A stretch of 64,000 bases of DNA from Dehalococcoidia bacterium (GTDB taxonomy: Bacteria > Chloroflexota > Dehalococcoidia > Lucifugimonadales > UBA3495), in contig OZ253540.1 of NCBI GenBank assembly GCA_965262485.1, positions 1,044,711 to 1,108,710 on the forward strand, given 5' to 3'. The translations under genes were made by a program, and so were the position numbers. Under the pieces are notes generated by a model. The model searched no databases, was not told the origin of the DNA, and worked only from the letters and a program-made list of their open reading frames with translations. Every line of letters begins with the position of its first letter. Positions within the stretch are counted from its first letter, which is position 1. Shown piece after piece: positions 61,058 through 64,000 of the stretch.

Positions 61058-61249
61058 CTAGGCCATGCTGACATTTGAGATATAAGGCGATTTCGCTAAC
61101 CCCAGTTCGTCATTCCCGCGAAAGCGGGAATCCAGAGTACTCTAAATGTGAACGATGTCTGCTTTCCAAAGCGCCTGGATTCCGGCCCCGTATCAAGTAC
61201 GGGGTGACGTTCTTTCGCCGGAATGACGTGAAATGTCAACAGAACCTAA
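61058..61249. mobile_element. Class-1-related MITE-like element, divergent copy C (CTAG...TGACATTT...AAATGTCA...CTAA)
   Basis: Ends are related to copies A, D and E at the same 7-nt offset from the flanking YTAR. Interior has hairpin, spacer, then a hairpin carrying the 26-nt module. Confidence 0.6.
61187..61212 (-). repeat. 26-nt hairpin module nested in an ATTCCGGC/GCCGGAAT hairpin loop
   Basis: Identical 26-mer. The host stem carries a compensated C:G to G:C swap relative to the other copies. Confidence 0.85.
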
Positions 61250-61320
61250 ACTGCCATACTGGCTGAGTTACTATCCTGATTTGACCGAACCACAAGGAAA
61301 CCAAACCGGCAGGGAGCGAC

Positions 61321-62256
61321 ATGAAAATTGCAGTGATGGGAGCCGGCGGCGTCGGCGGGTACTTCGGCGGGTTATTGGCTCGCGGCGGACACGACGTAAC
61401 GTTCATCGCCCGCGGTCAACACCTGGATGCCATCCGAAGCAACGGGCTCAAAGTGATCAGCGCCAACGACGGTGAGTTTACGGTGCATTGCGGCGCCACC
61501 GACGACCCCGCCGCTGCGGGTGTGCATGAGTTGGTAATCTTCGCCGTAAAGATGTACGACAACGAACAGACTATGCGCCTGATCCAACCGCTGGTTGGCC
61601 CCGAAACAATAGTCCTGACCCTTCAGAATGGGATTGATAACGGCGATCTGCTGGCCGACATTTTTGGTCGGGAGCGGGTGATGATCGGATCCGCGTACCT
61701 TGAGGGTCGCATCGACTCGCCGGGCGTGGTGACACAAGGTGGCCCCGGCGCCGCATCCTTCGGCGAACGCACGCCGGGAATTACGGAGCGCGGTGAGATG
61801 CTGCTGGGCGTGTTCCAGCAGGCCGGCTGGCGCGTGGAACTACTGGAGAACATGACGGGGATGCTGTGGAAGAAGTTCGCTTATCTGGCGGGTTCGGCCG
61901 GAGTGTGCGCCGCCAGTGGGTGCACCTACGGGGAACTGCGTTCGATTCCTGAAACCAGGGAAGTGATCAGAACCGCCATTGCCGAAGCGTTGGCAGTCGG
62001 CGCAGCGACCGGAGCTCCACTGGAACCTAATTCGCTGGAGTGGTCGATGTCGGCGCTGGACAACTTCCCGGCCACCGGGATGGCGTCGTTGGCCAAGGAT
62101 TTTGCGGACGGACGACCCGTGGAGCTGGAAGGATTAACGGGTACGGTTATCAGGATGGGCCGTCAGAATAATGTCCCGACACCGATGAACGACGCCATTT
62201 ATGCCGTGTTGAAACCGCGGGCCAATCGGATAGAAGCGGAACAGGACCGGCGATAG
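61321..62256 (+). CDS. panE: 2-dehydropantoate 2-reductase (ApbA/PanE family)
   Basis: MKIAVMGAGGVGGYFGG Rossmann start. LQNG, KFAY...S and EL..L.G motifs of the ketopantoate reductase fold. Confidence 0.85.
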   Translation: MKIAVMGAGGVGGYFGGLLARGGHDVTFIARGQHLDAIRSNGLKVISANDGEFTVHCGATDDPAAAGVHELVIFAVKMYDNEQTMRLIQPLVGPETIVLTLQNGIDNGDLLADIFGRERVMIGSAYLEGRIDSPGVVTQGGPGAASFGERTPGITERGEMLLGVFQQAGWRVELLENMTGMLWKKFAYLAGSAGVCAASGCTYGELRSIPETREVIRTAIAEALAVGAATGAPLEPNSLEWSMSALDNFPATGMASLAKDFADGRPVELEGLTGTVIRMGRQNNVPTPMNDAIYAVLKPRANRIEAEQDRR

Positions 62257-62336
62257 GGGTCGCTAATTCGGGGAGCCGGAGCGCCGTTGACCGCCGGCGG
62301 TTCGATCCCCGCTAACCGGGGGTTGGGATTCGGGTT

Positions 62337-62537
62337 CTAGAGCCTGTTGACAATTAGCAAACCAGTCCGTCACTCCTGCGAAAGAACGTCACCCCGTACT
62401 TGATACGGGGCAGGAGTCCAGAGAGGGTATGACGAAAGAGTCAGAACCGTGGTTAACGACTGCGGCCACTGGACTCCCGCTTTCGCGGGAATGACGGTGG
62501 TTAAGCGGGAATGACGGTATTTGTCAACACATCCTAG
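62337..62537. mobile_element. Class-1 MITE-like element, copy D
   Basis: About 95 % identical by eye to copy E, apart from a 26-nt insertion at 62384-62409. CTAG at both ends. Confidence 0.85.
62384..62409 (+). repeat. 26-nt hairpin module nested in the CTCCTGC/GCAGGAG hairpin loop
   Basis: The same 26-mer in a different host hairpin. The homologous hairpin in copy E (63725-63753) has the loop empty. Confidence 0.9.
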
Positions 62538-62899
62538 CTTTCCGGGTAGGTGAGTTTCAGCAGGACGTGCCGCCGGTTCTGGGTGTGGGGACGCACGTGT
62601 TCGGGCCAACGGCCGGCTTCAACGGCTACGGCCCACTCCGGACTGGTCAGCACTTCGGGGTTGTCCACCTGGTATACGGCATGGTGCTTGGGAGTGCCGG
62701 GGATTTCAATCTCGCGCACCTCGCCCCCCATCGCCATGACCAATCGCTGAGTCTCGTATCGGGTTACTTCACGGACGCCGGGCACCTGGTTCAGCATGGG
62801 GCAATGCTCGGTGTTATAGACGTCGTTGAACAATGATTCGTGCTGTGGGTCAATGTCCATACTGGCGATGAACAGATACCTGGAATGCAGATCGGCCAT
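62534..62899 (-). CDS. Hypothetical protein (possibly an EthD/DUF4286-like ferredoxin-fold protein)
   Basis: 121 aa. YLFIASMDIDPQHESLFNDVYNTEHCPMLNQVPGV resembles that family only loosely. Confidence 0.55.
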   Translation of the reverse strand: MADLHSRYLFIASMDIDPQHESLFNDVYNTEHCPMLNQVPGVREVTRYETQRLVMAMGGEVREIEIPGTPKHHAVYQVDNPEVLTSPEWAVAVEAGRWPEHVRPHTQNRRHVLLKLTYPES

Positions 62900-62920
62900 G
62901 AAACGCCTCCCTTGTCAGCG

Positions 62921-63619
62921 TTAGTGTGAGTGGTGGAGCATTTGCCCGGCCAGCGTCCAGTCGGAACGGGCCGCGGGCATGTTACCCAGGGCGGCGTAGG
63001 CTTTGCCGCGCGACACGTAGGCGGCGGTGTGTCGATCGTTCATTGAGATGACGTTGGTAAACGCCGCCACCGCCGGTTCGTTGTATCCAGCGTCGCGCAA
63101 CGCCATACCCAACCAATAATGAGTTTCCGTGTCATCGGGGGCCAGGGTTGCCGCCTGCCGTAAATCCTGGATTGCCCCATCGAAGCAAGCCAACTGGTGT
63201 CGCGCTCGGCCTCGCAAGAGCCAGATTGCTGGCGACTCAGCGTTGATATCCAACGCGTGGCTGCAATCGCTGACGGCCCCCCGGTAGTCGCCCAGAGTAA
63301 ACCTGGTATTGCCACGGAGCAGCCACGCTTCCGGTCGAAGTTGGTCCAGCTCGATGGCCAGCTGGAGGTCTTGCAACGCCGCGTCGTGGCGGCCCAGGGC
63401 CACCAACGCTTCGGCGCGGCAAATGCGAACGTCGGCAAGGTTTGGGTCGATGAGCACGGCAACGTCCAGGTCTGCCAGTGCGGATTCCACCCGGCCCATG
63501 CGGAGGAGGGCCGCGCTACGCTGCAGGTACGGCTCAACCGTGCGGACGCCGGCATTGATGATTTCGCCGGCGTCCAGAACCATCTGGCGCAATTGGCTGG
63601 CATTTATTTCCGCAGACAA
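62921..63619 (-). CDS. TPR-repeat protein
   Basis: Six to seven 34-residue repeats with an A..Y...G.......A..D...A pattern. Confidence 0.8.
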   Translation of the reverse strand: MSAEINASQLRQMVLDAGEIINAGVRTVEPYLQRSAALLRMGRVESALADLDVAVLIDPNLADVRICRAEALVALGRHDAALQDLQLAIELDQLRPEAWLLRGNTRFTLGDYRGAVSDCSHALDINAESPAIWLLRGRARHQLACFDGAIQDLRQAATLAPDDTETHYWLGMALRDAGYNEPAVAAFTNVISMNDRHTAAYVSRGKAYAALGNMPAARSDWTLAGQMLHHSH

Positions 63620-63692
63620 TATGGATCACGCAGTCAACGGCAACGGACAAGGCATCGGCAGTTTTTACAGGAGCGGCGGAGATGCGTTTGGC

Positions 63693-63867
63693 CTAGAGCC
63701 TGTTGACAATTAGCAAACCAACCCGTCACTCCTGCGAAAGCAGGAGTCCAGAGAGGGTATGATGAAAGAATCAGAACCGTGATTAACGACTGCGGCCACT
63801 GGATTCCCGCTTTCGCGGGAATGACGGTGGTTAAGCGGGAATGACGGTATTTGTCAACACACACTAG
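63693..63867. mobile_element. Class-1 MITE-like element, copy E (both hairpin loops unoccupied)
   Basis: CTAG-AGCC-TGTTGACAA...TTGTCAACA-CACA-CTAG. Serves as the reference copy for the family. Confidence 0.85.
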
Positions 63868-64000
63868 AAAGCACGCCGGTGCGAGTAGTCAATTTCTTCG
63901 TTGGTGATGAATTCGAGGAGCACGGCGTTGCCGTCCTCATTCTGGCGACGAGCGCGCTGGAACGCAGGAATAATCTCAGCGGGGTCGGTGATGCGTTCGG
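63864..64000 (-). CDS. C-terminal end of a thiamine-diphosphate-dependent enzyme (acetolactate-synthase-like); 5' part lies outside the window
   Basis: Minus-strand frame reads ERITDPAEIIPAFQRARRQNEDGNAVLLEFITNEEIDYSHRRAF*. Only 45 codons are visible. Confidence 0.55.
   Translation of the reverse strand, partial: ERITDPAEIIPAFQRARRQNEDGNAVLLEFITNEEIDYSHRRAF

Noticed and set aside
61075-61266. ORFs inside the repeat elements (61075-61266, 62370-62609, 63634-63864) giving peptides such as RHSRESGNP and VIPAKAGIQ
   Set aside because: They are translations of the palindromic hairpins. The same peptide strings arise wherever the repeat occurs, and the frames run across element boundaries into unrelated sequence.
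62257-62336. GGTTCGATCCCC-containing segment after panE, considered as a tRNA or tRNA fragment
   Set aside because: The T-stem has two mismatches. There is no matching 7-bp acceptor stem and no cloverleaf.
62465-62475. GCCACTG string (also in the copy at about 63785-63795) resembling the cobalamin-riboswitch core
   Set aside because: It is part of the class-1 repeat. None of the other conserved B12-element segments is present, and no B12-related gene lies downstream.
49737-63867. Recurring hairpin repeats considered as a CRISPR array
   Set aside because: The repeats are not regularly spaced and are not separated by unique spacers of uniform length. They are scattered over several loci, and no cas genes are present.

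Overview
The window reads as core chromosome of a moderately GC-rich bacterium. I call about 66 protein genes, almost all housekeeping or central and catabolic metabolism. They include recG, uvrB, yebC-ruvC-ruvA, pepA, proC, pdxA, and nrdR with a class II ribonucleotide reductase. Also present are rsmH-ftsA-ftsZ, tig-clpP-clpP-clpX, xseAB, efp, aroQ, dprA-topA-xerC and groES-groEL. The thi genes (thiG-thiE-thiS) sit behind a TPP riboswitch. A CoA-transferase, crotonase and acyl-CoA ligase cluster and panE complete the set. The gene content and synteny fit a Chloroflexota-like marine lineage: two tandem clpP genes, class II RNR, and a division cluster without mur genes. That placement is inference only.

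I saw no rRNA, tRNA, CRISPR array, transposase, prophage or recognisable defence cassette. I cannot defend any protein-coding cluster here as a new system.

The most unusual content is non-coding. Seven intergenic spacers hold structured inverted-repeat (MITE/REP-like) elements.
- Class 1 has four copies. Each is flanked by CTAG or CTAA, and one end sits on or next to a stop codon.
- Class 2 has two copies with CAGGGC termini and 9-10 bp direct duplications.
- One separate compound palindrome does not fit either class.

Nested inside these elements is an identical 26-nt hairpin module. It sits at exactly the same position, after GAAA, in the tetraloop of different host hairpins. Sister copies have the same loop empty. 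Host stems show compensatory base-pair changes.

Secondary observations:
- nrdR heads an apparent operon with two uncharacterised ORFs ahead of nrdJ, behind tandem NrdR boxes.
- The CoA-transferase genes are arranged A / B-A fusion / B, with a degenerate first pair.
- D-glutamate-cyclase-like domains are split across two genes.
- One OmpR-type regulator has a pseudo-receiver domain.
- A zinc-ribbon gene may start at ATA.

Start codons are my best choices from Shine-Dalgarno context. Nothing here was checked against a database.
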